Positions 23,171 through 34,796 of a stretch of DNA of 64,000 nt are shown piece after piece. Numbering within the stretch: the first letter of the stretch is position 1; every line of letters starts with the position of its first letter. Source of the stretch: Prochlorococcus sp. AG-355-B18 (GTDB lineage: Bacteria; Cyanobacteriota; Cyanobacteriia; PCC-6307; Cyanobiaceae). The DNA lies in assembly GCA_003280965.1 (NCBI GenBank), contig QCDI01000003.1:64001-128000 (forward strand). The letters run 5' to 3'. The translations under genes and the position numbers were made by a program. Under the pieces are notes generated by a model. The model was not told where the DNA came from and did not search any database. It saw only the letters and a list, made by a program, of their open reading frames with translations.

Positions 23171-25608
23171 GCGAGAAAGTTTTCTAGTCGAAAACAATTT
23201 TCAAGATATTCGTCTTTATCTAATTTTAAAAAGTCAATTAAAAAATTTGTTTTATTAGATTTAAAATTTAATTTATTGAGGTCTAATCTCGCAGATTTAT
23301 TTTTATTAGTTTCAATATCAAGATAATAGTTACTCGGTAAAATTTTGAGGAAATAATCGTTTTTAATTTGGGTTTTTTCATTTAAATATCCCAAACTGTA
23401 TTCATTTGCAAAATAAATTTCATTACTATTCAAACAAAAGATTTTTCCTTGCTTAGAAACTAAATAAATATTTTCTTCATTTTGATATGAACAACAAGAA
23501 ACAATTTCTTCAGTGGGAAAAAGTTTTGCAATCATTAAACCTTGAGATTGTTTCGTTGTAGGCGCCATAATTTTATTTGATAAGCTAAATTTAAATAATC
23601 TTCCAATAGAGGTTAATATTAGTAAATTTTTTTCTTCACTAGACACAAATGAATCAATGGTTTTTATATTATTTTTTAATTTTGTTATTCCAAAAGATCT
23701 ATTACTTTTTATCATATCCTCATCAAATAAAACTTTTTTAAACCTCCCATCTGAATTCAATATGCATAAGTAATTTTTAATTTCTTTTTTAATTGAATGA
23801 AAATTTATTATTTCATTAGGATCAATATTTCCAAGGATTTTATTATCTAATTTATAGTCATTATTAATATTTGATTCCCAATCAATATGAAAAACTTTTC
23901 CTGTATTAGTTATTCCAATTATTTTTAGATTTTTTTCAACATTACATATAAATTTTTGAATATTTTTATTATCTATAACTTTATTTACATCTTCAAACGA
24001 TTTCTTATAATTACTTAAAATCACTCTTTTTAAATATAATCTATTATCTATACATAATTTAGTTTTTTTATTTATTAAGTCTTCTAATATTTGATTATTA
24101 ATTGTTTCTAATTCTTCGTTTTGATCAATATTTTTACGCAGTTTTGTTTTTCTATTGACATTATATGTTTTCTTGAGTTTTAATAATTCTTCTATAAGTA
24201 ATTCAAGTAATAATTTTCTTTCATTCAATAATTTCATAAAATAATTCTTTTTTTCTTTTAATTTTTTTATATCATCATCTATTAGATTTTTTTCCAGATT
24301 TGTTAGTTTTTTTAGCGGCATATCCAAAACTGAATTTGCTTGTTTTTCATTTAAGGAAAATTTTTCAATCAATTTTAATTTAGCTTCTCCAGTATTTTTT
24401 GAGGCTTCAATAACCTCAATAACTCTTTTAATATCTTTTGTTGCTTTAGACAAACCTTCTAATATTTCTAGTTTCTCAAGAGTATTTTTTAGAAAATAAC
24501 TGGTTCTTTTTCTAATAGTCTCTTCCCGGAATTTAAGAAAATAGTCAAGATATTGTTTTAAGTTTAGTTGAACAGGTTTACCTTTAATTAACGTTAAAAA
24601 TATTGCCCCAAAGTTGGTTTGGAGTGTTGTTTTTTTATATAAATTCGAAATTACAAGTTCAGTATTAGAATCTTTTTTTAACTCTATTACAATTCTCATA
24701 CCATCTCTATCGCTTTCATCTCTAATATCAGCGATCCCATTAATTTTGTTTGAATTAACAAGTTCAGCCAGTTTTTCAATCCAACCTGCTTTACTAATTT
24801 GATAAGGAAGTTCTGTAATTATTAATGCATTTCTTTTATGTTTACCTTTGCCTAAATTTATTTCCTCTTTATTTAATATCCCTCTAATTATTATTGATCC
24901 TTTTCCCGTTTCGTAAAGTTCTTCTATAGCTTGGTTATAAATTAATTCTCCGCCAGTAGGGAAATCAGGTCCTTTAATAATTTTAGATAGTTTTTTGTTA
25001 CTTATATCTTTATTTTCTATTAACGCAATTAAACCATCCACTATTTCTCCGAGGTTGTGAGGGGGAATGTTTGTTGCCATTCCAACAGCAATTCCAGATG
25101 ATCCGTTCAGCAATAAAAAAGGAAGTTGAGCTGGAAGAACATCTGGTTCTTTTTGTGAACCGTCAAAATTATTCGAGAAGTTTACTGTGTCTGAACCAAT
25201 TTCTTCCAGAAATCCAGTGTAAGCTATTGGAGCTAACCGGGTTTCAGTGTACCTCATTGCAGCTGGTGGATCATTATCCACAGATCCAAAATTTCCATGG
25301 CCGTCTAGGGTCGGATACTTAGTTGAAAAATTTTGAACTTGCCTCACCAATGCATCATATACTGCTTGATCTCCATGTGGATGGTACTTTCCGAGAACAT
25401 CTCCAACTACCCTCGCGCACTTTCTAAATGGCCTATCTGGTGTTAAGCCTAGTTCGTACATTGCAAATAGTATTCTTCTCTGTACAGGCTTGAGGCCATC
25501 TCTTGCGTCGGGTAAGGCACGTCCAACAATTACACTCATTGCATACTCAAGATAAGAACGTTGCATTTCTTCTTGGAGTGAGATAGAAGTGAAGTTTTTC
25601 TTATCCAT
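23167..25608 (-). CDS. Type IIA topoisomerase subunit A (GyrA/ParC-like paralog)
   Basis: [31 protein letters not shown]; divergent C-terminal domain. Confidence 0.9.
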   Translation of the reverse strand: MDKKNFTSISLQEEMQRSYLEYAMSVIVGRALPDARDGLKPVQRRILFAMYELGLTPDRPFRKCARVVGDVLGKYHPHGDQAVYDALVRQVQNFSTKYPTLDGHGNFGSVDNDPPAAMRYTETRLAPIAYTGFLEEIGSDTVNFSNNFDGSQKEPDVLPAQLPFLLLNGSSGIAVGMATNIPPHNLGEIVDGLIALIENKDISNKKLSKIIKGPDFPTGGELIYNQAIEELYETGKGSIIIRGILNKEEINLGKGKHKRNALIITELPYQISKAGWIEKLAELVNSNKINGIADIRDESDRDGMRIVIELKKDSNTELVISNLYKKTTLQTNFGAIFLTLIKGKPVQLNLKQYLDYFLKFREETIRKRTSYFLKNTLEKLEILEGLSKATKDIKRVIEVIEASKNTGEAKLKLIEKFSLNEKQANSVLDMPLKKLTNLEKNLIDDDIKKLKEKKNYFMKLLNERKLLLELLIEELLKLKKTYNVNRKTKLRKNIDQNEELETINNQILEDLINKKTKLCIDNRLYLKRVILSNYKKSFEDVNKVIDNKNIQKFICNVEKNLKIIGITNTGKVFHIDWESNINNDYKLDNKILGNIDPNEIINFHSIKKEIKNYLCILNSDGRFKKVLFDEDMIKSNRSFGITKLKNNIKTIDSFVSSEEKNLLILTSIGRLFKFSLSNKIMAPTTKQSQGLMIAKLFPTEEIVSCCSYQNEENIYLVSKQGKIFCLNSNEIYFANEYSLGYLNEKTQIKNDYFLKILPSNYYLDIETNKNKSARLDLNKLNFKSNKTNFLIDFLKLDKDEYLENCFRLENFLA

Positions 25609-25690
25609 TAGAGTCAAAAATTGAATATGTGATTTATGAATTAACTAAATTAAGACTAATAGGTAAACAAATATTTACCAGTATCGAAAT

Positions 25691-26554
25691 TTAAGAAGAT
25701 GCTTCAATTTTGGATTTTGCTAATAATACATAGTCTTGTAATTGTTTATTTTGTAAAAGAATTTCTGTTGAAGCTTGCAGTTTTTCTCCCCACAATTGTT
25801 CTTTTCTATAATTGTAATTAACATAATTAGGATCTTTTGCTAAAGATTTTTTTGCAAGTTCAAGAGCGAATTTAATATCTTTTAACCTTAAACATGAGGC
25901 AAGTCCTAGTAATGGTTCAGCGTTATCTTCAATCGAGATAGCTTTTTCAAAAAGTTTGATTGATGAAGTTATCTCATCTTTTTCGAAATAAGCTAAACCT
26001 TGATTATTGAATGCTTGCCAGAAATCAGGTTTAATTTTTATAGATCTATCAAATAACTTAATAGCTTCATAGTAATTTTTTTCCATTAATAAAATATTCC
26101 CTAATTGAAAAATAGCTTTATGGTTATTTGGCTCAATACTTAATCCTTTTTTCAAAGCATGTTTTGCCTTGTTTTGTTTTGAAATTTGAAAGTAAATATT
26201 ACTTTTGGCAAAATATATTTCGCTAATATTTGGATTAATTTCTTGAGCTTTATCTAATGACTTTAAAGCGTTTTTATATAGACTGTTAGCTACCTGAGCT
26301 TCAGATAATATTAGCCATAGTTTTTCATCTTTTGCATTAATCTTCACAGCTAATTTTGCTAAGTTAAGACTGTCTTCGTATTGTCCAAAAAATAAAAGTT
26401 GATATGCATTTTTGCCAATAGATAAGCCTTCCTTTTCTAAATTTTTTATCGTTGGAAAATAATAATAGGGAATTATAGATTGAACTTTTTCTATTCTAAA
26501 AAAGCAAAAACTCAATAAATAGAAACATAGTATATTTTTTAAAAACTTTCTCAT
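25691..26554 (-). CDS. Tetratricopeptide repeat protein
   Basis: Repeated TPR patterns (AIFQLGNILL, AFNNQGLAYF); N-terminal signal-like segment. Confidence 0.85.
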   Translation of the reverse strand: MRKFLKNILCFYLLSFCFFRIEKVQSIIPYYYFPTIKNLEKEGLSIGKNAYQLLFFGQYEDSLNLAKLAVKINAKDEKLWLILSEAQVANSLYKNALKSLDKAQEINPNISEIYFAKSNIYFQISKQNKAKHALKKGLSIEPNNHKAIFQLGNILLMEKNYYEAIKLFDRSIKIKPDFWQAFNNQGLAYFEKDEITSSIKLFEKAISIEDNAEPLLGLASCLRLKDIKFALELAKKSLAKDPNYVNYNYRKEQLWGEKLQASTEILLQNKQLQDYVLLAKSKIEASS

Positions 26555-27507
26555 AATTTAAGTTTGTTATTTTTTAGATTTGCTTCTATGTTTCTTTTCC
26601 ACATCCATGGTTTAATTCTTTTTAAAGTGGTTCCTTTTAGATTTTCTTCCCAAGTTTTATCATCCCAATTTAAAGAATCAATCCCAAGATTTTTCATCCA
26701 TTCTTTGGGAGTAGTTTCAAAAGTATTATTGTATGGTACGGACTTATTCCAAGGGCATACATCTTGACAAATATCACATCCTGCAACCCATCCATTCAAA
26801 TTTTTTTCTATTTTTTTTGGAATAGTTTTTTCTCTGTTTTCTATTGTGTGATATGCAATGCACAGATCTGATTGTATAACGAAGGGCTCTACTATTGCTT
26901 GCGTCGGACAACTTTCAATACAAATATCACATTTTCCACAAAGAGATTGATGAGGTTTATCTGGGATTAAATCTTTTGTAAGGATTATAAAACCCAACGT
27001 AAACCAAGAACCATTTTTCTTACTTATTAAATTACTATTTTTCCCTATCCAACCAAGACCTGATTCCTCAGCCCATGCTTTTTCAAGAAGCGGTGAAGTA
27101 TCTACACATATTTTCCATTTACAATCAGGAATTTCAAGGTTAATCCATTTACCAACATTCTTTAATTTTTTATAAATCACTTTATGATAATCTTCTCCTT
27201 GGCTAAATTTTCCTATTTTGAAACGGTTGTTGTTATTGTTGTTTGAACTTATGTAAGTAAATCCAACGCTTAGAATACTTTTTGCATCTTTAAGAAGTGT
27301 GTTTATGTTTTTTCTTCTTTCTGCTTCCATCCATCTCATATCAGCATGGTGGTTATTTGATAACCATCTTTCTAATGCACTAGTTCTTAATTTTAAGCGC
27401 GAACTACCAGGTATTGAAGCAATTCCAGCTATGGTAAAACCTTCATAAATCGCTCTTTCTTTTAATTTTTTACTTATTTCTAGTTTGTCTTTAATGGAAT
27501 TGATCAT
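26551..27507 (-). CDS. queG: Epoxyqueuosine reductase
   Basis: DYHKV, VDTSPLLEK, GLGWIGKN, CGKCDICIESCPT, GCDICQDVCPWN. Confidence 0.93.
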   Translation of the reverse strand: MINSIKDKLEISKKLKERAIYEGFTIAGIASIPGSSRLKLRTSALERWLSNNHHADMRWMEAERRKNINTLLKDAKSILSVGFTYISSNNNNNNRFKIGKFSQGEDYHKVIYKKLKNVGKWINLEIPDCKWKICVDTSPLLEKAWAEESGLGWIGKNSNLISKKNGSWFTLGFIILTKDLIPDKPHQSLCGKCDICIESCPTQAIVEPFVIQSDLCIAYHTIENREKTIPKKIEKNLNGWVAGCDICQDVCPWNKSVPYNNTFETTPKEWMKNLGIDSLNWDDKTWEENLKGTTLKRIKPWMWKRNIEANLKNNKLKL

Positions 27508-27653
27508 TTCTTTATTATGCATAGCTTTTTTTAAAAGTTATTTGTTTAGCTAAGAAACTAATAAATAATTTAAATTTATTAAAAAAAAATATATCCTAAC
27601 TTAGAAAAAACAGTTAAATTATTAGTAAAGTAAATATAGTAAGAAACATTATT

Positions 27654-28388
27654 TTGGTTGAATCTAATCAAAACCAAGATTCGAACCTAGGATCTAGGCT
27701 TCAACAGGATCTAAAAAATGATCTTATAGCTGGTTTGTTGGTTGTAATACCTCTTGCAACAACAATCTGGCTTTCATCATTAGTTAGTAAATTTGTTTTA
27801 ACATTAGTCACTTCTGTCCCGAAGCAATTAAATCCTTTTATTAATTTAAATCCTTTATTACAAGATTTAATTAATCTTACTCTGGGTTTAACTGTTCCTT
27901 TGTTAGCTATTTTGCTAATAGGCTTAATGGCGAGAAATTTTGTAGGAAGATGGCTATTAGAATTTGGAGAAGGTACGTTATCAAAAATTCCTGTAGCAGG
28001 AGCAGTTTATAAAACTCTTAAACAATTGCTAGAAACTTTTTTAAGTAATAAATCTAACCGGTTTAGAAGGGTTGTTTTAGTTGAATATCCACGCGAAGGT
28101 TTATATAGTGTAGGCTTTGTAACTGGTGATGTTGGCCCTTCTTTGCAGCCAGAATTGGAACAAAAGTTGCTAAGTGTTTTTATACCTACTGCGCCAAACC
28201 CAACTACTGGTTGGTACACTTTGGTCCCCGAGTCTTCTGTTAAAGATTTGGATATTTCTGTCGAAGATGCTTTTAGAACCATTATCTCAGCGGGGATAGT
28301 TAATCCAGATGAAAAGAATAACATCACAAATCCAACATTTTCAAAATTATTTTCTCAATTACGCGCTTCCACTAATACTTCTTCTTAG
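27654..28388 (+). CDS. DUF502 family membrane protein
   Basis: AGLLVVIPLATT, VVLVEYPR, VFIPTAPNPTTG. Confidence 0.88.
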   Translation: MVESNQNQDSNLGSRLQQDLKNDLIAGLLVVIPLATTIWLSSLVSKFVLTLVTSVPKQLNPFINLNPLLQDLINLTLGLTVPLLAILLIGLMARNFVGRWLLEFGEGTLSKIPVAGAVYKTLKQLLETFLSNKSNRFRRVVLVEYPREGLYSVGFVTGDVGPSLQPELEQKLLSVFIPTAPNPTTGWYTLVPESSVKDLDISVEDAFRTIISAGIVNPDEKNNITNPTFSKLFSQLRASTNTSS

Positions 28389-28391
28389 TTG

Positions 28392-29018
28392 ATGCATAAT
28401 AGATCCCTATCCAGAGAATTATCCTTAATTTCTTTAGGTTTGATAAAAGATAAAGGTGATTTGAAATTAAATAAATCCCAGATAGAAGAGATTTTTGAAT
28501 CTGCTCTGGATTCTTTAATCAACCATTGCAGAGACGAATTAGATAATTGCGAATCAAATTTAGAAAATGCATCACAAAAAATATTAGAGAGTGAATTACA
28601 AGAAGGTATTGATTCTTCTTTTTCAAATGTTAGAGAGGAGTTAATAAAATCTATTAAAAAAATTGAGACTGTAATGAATACACTCTCAATAACTTTAGAT
28701 TTTCCTAAATTAATAGTATCTAGTGGACAAATTGATATCAGAGAGGATGTGAATCAGAGGATCAGTAATATTATTAATAATCTTACGACTATAGATTCTG
28801 AGATTGATCAATCAATGGATGGTTGGAGATTAAAAAGATTGCCTAAAATTGATCGTGATATTTTGCGTTTAGCATATGTAGATATTAATTTTCTGGATAC
28901 ACCTATTGCTGTTGCTTGTGATGAGGCAGTAAATTTAGCTAATAAATATAGTGATATGCAAGGAAGAAAATTTATTAATGGAGTTTTAAGGAGATTACAA
29001 ACAGTTAAATTGCAATAA
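28392..29018 (+). CDS. nusB: Transcription antitermination factor NusB
   Basis: WRLKRLPKIDRDILRLA, EAVNLANKY, FINGVLRR. Confidence 0.93.
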   Translation: MHNRSLSRELSLISLGLIKDKGDLKLNKSQIEEIFESALDSLINHCRDELDNCESNLENASQKILESELQEGIDSSFSNVREELIKSIKKIETVMNTLSITLDFPKLIVSSGQIDIREDVNQRISNIINNLTTIDSEIDQSMDGWRLKRLPKIDRDILRLAYVDINFLDTPIAVACDEAVNLANKYSDMQGRKFINGVLRRLQTVKLQ

Positions 29019-29076
29019 TTATTTGATATAAATAAATAATATTTTAAAATTTATTAAATACGAATTATAAATATCA

Positions 29077-30336
29077 ATGACTAATACTAATTCTGATAAT
29101 TCTCGAGAATGGGCTGCGCAAGCTTATGCACTTTTAAAAAAAAAGCAGGAAGAGCAGAAGCAAGAACTAATTAAGCAGGAAGAGCAGAAGCAAGAATTAA
29201 TTAAGCAGGAAGAGCAGAAGCAAGAATTAACTAAGCAGGAAGAGCAGAAGCAATCTTTGATTGATAGTTTTAACACAGAAAATGTTCAAGGACCTACTAA
29301 AACTATTGATGAAACTGAATTAGGAGAATTCGATGATAATTTTACTTGGTCTGCAATGGTATTAGCAGCCCAAGGAAAAGAAATAAACCAAATATCGATA
29401 GATGAAATTGATTGGTTAACTAAATTAAGAAGAGGTTTAGAAGAAACTAGAAAAGGATTTGTTACTGAATTATTGGACAAATTAGGAGATGATCCTCTTA
29501 CACCAGAATCTCTTGATGATTTAGAAACCTTACTAATAAGAGCTGATGTCGGGATTGATTCAACAGATAAAGTTATTAGTTCCCTTAGAAAAAAATTAAA
29601 CGAAGAAGTCGTAGGTGGAGAAGCAGGAATAAAATTTTTAAAGAAGGAATTAAAATTGATTATCGATAAACCTATAAAAAATTCAGGCATTGATCTTTTA
29701 GTGCCTCAAAAGGGTAAGTTAAATGTTTGGTTATTAGTAGGAGTTAATGGCGTTGGCAAAACTACTACATTAGGAAAATTAGCTTATTTATCATCAAGGA
29801 GTAATTATAAAACCTTGATAGCTGCAGCTGACACTTTTAGAGCTGCCGCAGTAGATCAATTAAAAGTATGGGGTGAGAGGAGTAATGTTGATGTCATATC
29901 TAATCAATCAAAAAATGCTGATCCAGCGGCTGTGGTTTTTGATGCGATTAATTCTGCAAAAAAAAGAAATGTTGACTTATTACTAGTTGATACAGCCGGA
30001 AGATTGCAAACAAAAAATAATTTGATGGATGAATTAGCCAAAATAAAAAAAATTATTGATAAAAAGGTTCCTGATGCAATTGTTGAATCATTATTAGTTT
30101 TAGATGCAAGTCAAGGTCAAAATGGGTTAAAGCAAGCTAAAAGTTTTGCCAAATCGGCAAATTTAAGTGGAGCAATCATTACTAAATTAGATGGAACTTC
30201 TCGAGGAGGTGTTTCTTTAGCAGTTTCTGAAGAAGTTAATTTGCCTATAAGATTCATTGGGGCTGGAGAAGGCATAAAGGATTTGAGACCATTTAATAGT
30301 TATGAATTTGTTGAGGCTTTGCTTGCAGATAAATAA
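29077..30336 (+). CDS. ftsY: Signal recognition particle receptor FtsY
   Basis: GVNGVGKTTT, DTFRAAA, DTAGR, TKLDGTSRGG. Confidence 0.97.
   Translation: MTNTNSDNSREWAAQAYALLKKKQEEQKQELIKQEEQKQELIKQEEQKQELTKQEEQKQSLIDSFNTENVQGPTKTIDETELGEFDDNFTWSAMVLAAQGKEINQISIDEIDWLTKLRRGLEETRKGFVTELLDKLGDDPLTPESLDDLETLLIRADVGIDSTDKVISSLRKKLNEEVVGGEAGIKFLKKELKLIIDKPIKNSGIDLLVPQKGKLNVWLLVGVNGVGKTTTLGKLAYLSSRSNYKTLIAAADTFRAAAVDQLKVWGERSNVDVISNQSKNADPAAVVFDAINSAKKRNVDLLLVDTAGRLQTKNNLMDELAKIKKIIDKKVPDAIVESLLVLDASQGQNGLKQAKSFAKSANLSGAIITKLDGTSRGGVSLAVSEEVNLPIRFIGAGEGIKDLRPFNSYEFVEALLADK
29143..29253 (+). repeat. In-frame 30-bp tandem repeat (3.7 copies) in the ftsY N-terminus
   Basis: Unit AAGCAGGAAGAGCAGAAGCAAGAAYTAAYT encoding KQEEQKQEL(I/T). 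Confidence 0.95.
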
Positions 30337-30403
30337 ATATTTAATGAAATTTTATTAAAAATTTAAATTTAATGTTAAAACATACTTATTTATTAAATTT
30401 GTT

Positions 30404-31747
30404 GTGACAAATAATCAGCAAGAAAAATTATTTTCAAACAAACTTATACAAAACTTTTTAGATAATGAACCTACATCGTCCTTAGAAAACAAATATAAAT
30501 TTGCTGAAATTGCATCTTCTTTAGCATATTATTTAAAAACTTTTTCCAACATAAATAAACTACTTGATTACATATGCTTAATTTTCAAACATGTCTTTAA
30601 TGAAAAAATAATTTTTATTATTCCTTTAAATTACGAAGGAGAAATATGGTTTGAAAACATTAAAATTTCTGCTAATGATAAATCTTTTAAAATTCAAGAA
30701 GAAATTAAAAGTTGTTTTAATCAATTTAATTTTTCTAAAAATTTCAAAATTAAAGAAATTCTTATTTTTGAAAATGTTTTAAAAAAAATTTTTAAAAATT
30801 ATAGAATTGAAACAGAAAAAATATTATCTAGAGGTAAATGTAGAGGATTTATTTACATTTTAAGCAAAGATTTGACTGGTAATTCTATTAGAGATGATCG
30901 TAATTTTAATTTTATTCAAAATTCTCTTGCTGTTGGATTAGAAAATTACTGCTTAATAAAAGAAAAGAAAAAGCATGAGAACGTTGATAGAGAGATTTCT
31001 ACAGGGGCTGAGATACAATCTCAATTACTCCCAGATTATTGTCCATCTATTTATGGTGTTGACCTCGCAGCACATTGTAGACCAGCTCTCCAATTAGGAG
31101 GCGATTACTATGACTTTATGTGTCTAAAGACGAATATTTCAGAAAAAAGAAAAGAAAAAGCTAGATGGGCCTTAGTTATAGGTGATGTTATGGGTAAAGG
31201 TATTCCTGCCGGTCTTTTGATGACTATGCTACGAGGAATGCTGCGTGCAGAGGTTCTTACAGGGTTACCTCCGGATAGAATTTTGCATGATTTGAATCAA
31301 CTAGCAATAAATGATTTAGATCAATCACATAGATTCGTTACATTATTTTATTCAGATTATGATCCTAGGACTAGAAAATTGAGATTTGCAAATGCGGCTC
31401 ATAATCCTCCGTTGCTTTGGAAAAGCTCAGATCAGAAAATTATAAAATTAGATGCTGAAGGATTTGTACTCGGACTACAAAAAGAAGCTGAATATCAATG
31501 TAGTGAAATCAAGCTTAGTGAAAATGATTTAGTGCTTTATTATACTGACGGAGTAATAGATACCTCTAATTCTTTAGGAGAAAGATTTGATGAAAAAAGG
31601 TTAATTAAAATTTTTACAAGATTATGCAAGCAATCTTTTACATCTCAAGAAATTTTAAATAAAATATTTAAAAAGTTAGATGATTTCACAGGACAAAATA
31701 GACATCTTGAGGATGATGCATCTATGGTTATTTTTCAATTGAAATAG
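30404..31747 (+). CDS. PP2C/SpoIIE-family (RsbU-like) phosphatase
   Basis: GGDYYDF, IGDVMGKG, YTDGV, DDASMV. Confidence 0.9.
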   Translation: MTNNQQEKLFSNKLIQNFLDNEPTSSLENKYKFAEIASSLAYYLKTFSNINKLLDYICLIFKHVFNEKIIFIIPLNYEGEIWFENIKISANDKSFKIQEEIKSCFNQFNFSKNFKIKEILIFENVLKKIFKNYRIETEKILSRGKCRGFIYILSKDLTGNSIRDDRNFNFIQNSLAVGLENYCLIKEKKKHENVDREISTGAEIQSQLLPDYCPSIYGVDLAAHCRPALQLGGDYYDFMCLKTNISEKRKEKARWALVIGDVMGKGIPAGLLMTMLRGMLRAEVLTGLPPDRILHDLNQLAINDLDQSHRFVTLFYSDYDPRTRKLRFANAAHNPPLLWKSSDQKIIKLDAEGFVLGLQKEAEYQCSEIKLSENDLVLYYTDGVIDTSNSLGERFDEKRLIKIFTRLCKQSFTSQEILNKIFKKLDDFTGQNRHLEDDASMVIFQLK

Positions 31748-31807
31748 ATATTTTTTGTCACCTATATAAAAAAATGCTTTATTAGATATATAAAGTTATT
31801 AATTGAT

Positions 31808-33187
31808 ATGGCAAAAGTTTGGAGTAAAAGATTTGATAATACACTTAATCCTTTCATTGAAAAGTTTAATGCTTCAATTGGTTTTGATAGAAAGCTTATT
31901 TTAGAAGATTTAGATTGTTCGATTGCCCATGCAAAAATGCTTGGTAAAACGCAAGTTTTATCCTCTTCTGAAACTTTGCAAATACTAAATGGTTTAGAGA
32001 CAATTAAAGTTGAATATTTGGAAGGCAAATTTTTTCCTGGTCCTCCCTCTGAAGATATTCATTATTGTATAGAAGAAAAACTAATTAGTTTAATTGGAGA
32101 AACAGGAAAAAAATTACACACAGGTAGAAGTAGAAATGATCAAGTTGGCACAGATATAAGATTATGGCTAAGGAAAGAGATTGATAATCTCGAAATTTTA
32201 CTAACTGATTTGCAAAAATCGTTTCTAAATCTTGCTAAAGCAAATATTCATACCTTAATTCCTGGATATACACATATGCAAAGAGCGCAACCATTATCTT
32301 TAGCGCATCATTTATTGGCTTATTTGGAGATGTTTCAAAGAGACCGAGAAAGGTTTAAAGAAGTAAGATCAAGAGTTAATACTTCACCATTAGGAGCTGC
32401 AGCATTAGCTGGAACAAAAATAAAAATAGATAGGAACTTTACAGCTTCAGAATTGGGTTTTGAAAAGATATATCACAATAGTATTGATGCAGTTAGTGAT
32501 AGAGATTTTTGTATAGAGTTTGCTTCTGCATCAGCTTTAGTAATGTCTCATTTGAGTAAAATTTCGGAGGAAATAATTTTATGGGTAACTGATGAATTTT
32601 CTTTTGCAAAATTAACAGACAAATGTGCTACTGGTAGTAGCTTAATGCCTCAGAAAAAAAATCCTGATGTTCCAGAATTGATAAGAGGTAAAACAGGAAG
32701 AGTGTATGGACATCTTCAAGCATTGTTAACAATGGTAAAAGGGGTTCCACTTGCATATAATAAGGATTTTCAAGAGGATAAAGAACCAATATTTGATACC
32801 GCAGAGACTATATCATCTTGTATTAAAGCAATGACTATTTTAATCAATGAGGGCATAGAATTTAATATTGAAAATTTATCTGCATCGGTAAACAATGATT
32901 TTTCTAATGCCACTGATTTGGCTGATTATTTAGTTGAAAAAAATGTTCCTTTTAGGACCGCATATCAAGTTGTGGGTGAACTTGTTAAGTATTGTTCTGA
33001 GCAAAAAATCTTATTTAAAAATCTTAAAATTGAGGATTTTAAAAAATTTCATCCTAAATTTGAAGAAGATGTTTTTGTAGATCTTGAACCTCTTAATGTC
33101 GTTAAATCAAGAACTAGTGAAGGTGGTACAGGTTTTACCCAAGTTGAAAAGGAGGTTAATAATTGGCAGAAAAAATTGTTACTTTGA
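31808..33187 (+). CDS. argH: Argininosuccinate lyase
   Basis: [33 protein letters not shown]. Confidence 0.97.
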   Translation: MAKVWSKRFDNTLNPFIEKFNASIGFDRKLILEDLDCSIAHAKMLGKTQVLSSSETLQILNGLETIKVEYLEGKFFPGPPSEDIHYCIEEKLISLIGETGKKLHTGRSRNDQVGTDIRLWLRKEIDNLEILLTDLQKSFLNLAKANIHTLIPGYTHMQRAQPLSLAHHLLAYLEMFQRDRERFKEVRSRVNTSPLGAAALAGTKIKIDRNFTASELGFEKIYHNSIDAVSDRDFCIEFASASALVMSHLSKISEEIILWVTDEFSFAKLTDKCATGSSLMPQKKNPDVPELIRGKTGRVYGHLQALLTMVKGVPLAYNKDFQEDKEPIFDTAETISSCIKAMTILINEGIEFNIENLSASVNNDFSNATDLADYLVEKNVPFRTAYQVVGELVKYCSEQKILFKNLKIEDFKKFHPKFEEDVFVDLEPLNVVKSRTSEGGTGFTQVEKEVNNWQKKLLL

Positions 33188-33298
33188 GTCTCAATTATTT
33201 TTCTACAACAAGGGTATGCTTTGAAGTAGAATAATAGAGTATTGTAATTAACTACATTTGTAGTTTTTTAATTTTGTAAATTTTTTGTTGAGTTTAAA

Positions 33299-33772
33299 GT
33301 GAGTATTTTTGTTGGCAATTTGCCTTTCCGCGCGGAGCGTGAAGATGTTTTACAGTTATTTTCTCCTTTTGGTGAAGTTATAAATTGTTCTCTTCCTCTT
33401 GAAAGAGATACAGGAAGAAAAAGAGGATTTGCATTTGTTGAAATGGCAGATGAAGCAATTGAAGCTACGGCTATTGATGGTTTGCAAGGTACAGAGCTTA
33501 TGGGTAGGCCATTAAGAATAAATAAAGCAGAGCCAAGAGGATCCGGAGGACCTAGAAGAGGAGGAAGAGGTGGTTTCGGCGGCAATAACGGCGGTTACGG
33601 CGGCGGCAATTCTGAATCTAATACCTCTTATACCAATAAATCCTCTGGTGCAGAAGGTTGGGAAGATAGAAGTTATGGGAACTCTTCTGAGAATTCTGAA
33701 TATGAAAGTGGCAGGAGTCGGAGAAAAAGGGGAGTTTCAAATGGAGGTAATGCTTCTAATGATGAAAATTAG
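33299..33772 (+). CDS. RRM-type RNA-binding protein with Gly-rich tail
   Basis: RNP2 IFVGNL, RNP1 RGFAFVEM, GGRGGFGG tail. Confidence 0.93.
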   Translation: MSIFVGNLPFRAEREDVLQLFSPFGEVINCSLPLERDTGRKRGFAFVEMADEAIEATAIDGLQGTELMGRPLRINKAEPRGSGGPRRGGRGGFGGNNGGYGGGNSESNTSYTNKSSGAEGWEDRSYGNSSENSEYESGRSRRKRGVSNGGNASNDEN

Positions 33773-34773
33773 TAACCCATTTCTTTAAGCATAGATGTTA
33801 ATTTGAGAAGATACTCAATATCTAACTCTTTATTTATAGATTTTATCGAAATTTGATTTCTCCAAATTTTTGCTTTTGGAATACCCTCGACCAAATTTAT
33901 AAGATGTTTACAAATATCCCAGGAGTTTCCTCCTTCACTTAAATGATTATCTATATAAGGAATTAAAGAGAAGATAATATCTGAAGCTGATTTTGGTTTT
34001 GTTTTAATTCCATAAACCTTTTTATCAATTTCAGACCATCTTAGGGGATGTTTATACACTGATCGTCCTACCATTACACCATCAAAATCAATTAGAGCAT
34101 TTAATGATTCATCGATATTTGTTAACCCCCCATTGATTTCTATTAATAATTCTGGATTTAACTTTTTTAATTTTTTTACTACATCGTATTTAAGTGGTGG
34201 AATAGTTCTGTTTTGTTTTGGATTTAGCCCTTTCAAGATGGCTTTCCTGGCGTGAACTGTAAATCTGTCTGCACCAGCTTTTGCGATACATCTTACGAAA
34301 TTATTTAAATTCGTAAAACTATCATCGTCGTCTACTCCAATTCTGTGTTTAATGGTGACTGGTAAGTTGCAATTATTTTTTAAAGTATCTATGCATTTTG
34401 CAACTTTTTCAGGATCCTTCATAAGCGAAGCACCAAAATTTCCAGAACAGACTCTTGGACTTGGACAACCAACATTAAAGTTTATTTCGTCATAACCCCA
34501 ATCCTGTGCCATTTGGGCAACCTCTTTTAGAACTTTGGGATTGTCTCCGCCAAATTGAATTGATATGGGGTGTTCTTCATGATTAAAATCTAAAAATTTT
34601 TCTTTTTTATCTGTATGAAATAAACTTTGAGCTACAATCATTTCGGTATATAAGAGAGCTTTAGAACTTATTTTTCTCATTATCATTCTGAAATGTTTAT
34701 CAGTACAATCCATCATTGGAGCAATACTTAATTTATGAATATTTTTAATAGAATTAGGACGAATGTAATTCAT
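33769..34773 (-). CDS. dusA: tRNA-dihydrouridine synthase A
   Basis: IAPMMDCTD, NVGCPS, VTIKHRIG, VHARKA, INGG. Confidence 0.92.
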   Translation of the reverse strand: MNYIRPNSIKNIHKLSIAPMMDCTDKHFRMIMRKISSKALLYTEMIVAQSLFHTDKKEKFLDFNHEEHPISIQFGGDNPKVLKEVAQMAQDWGYDEINFNVGCPSPRVCSGNFGASLMKDPEKVAKCIDTLKNNCNLPVTIKHRIGVDDDDSFTNLNNFVRCIAKAGADRFTVHARKAILKGLNPKQNRTIPPLKYDVVKKLKKLNPELLIEINGGLTNIDESLNALIDFDGVMVGRSVYKHPLRWSEIDKKVYGIKTKPKSASDIIFSLIPYIDNHLSEGGNSWDICKHLINLVEGIPKAKIWRNQISIKSINKELDIEYLLKLTSMLKEMGY

Positions 34774-34796
34774 TATTTTTTATGTGAATTAAGTAT

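Noticed and set aside
23167..25608. Topoisomerase A subunit without an adjacent B subunit and with a degenerate C-terminus
   Set aside because: A second GyrA/ParC-like paralog unlinked to gyrB is a known feature of cyanobacteria.
33243..33265. Palindromes TGTA-ATTAAC-TACA and AACTACA-TT-TGTAGTT upstream of the RNA-binding protein gene as an NtcA site
   Set aside because: The GTA-TAC spacing is 6, not the 8 required. It could be a weak terminator but support is insufficient.
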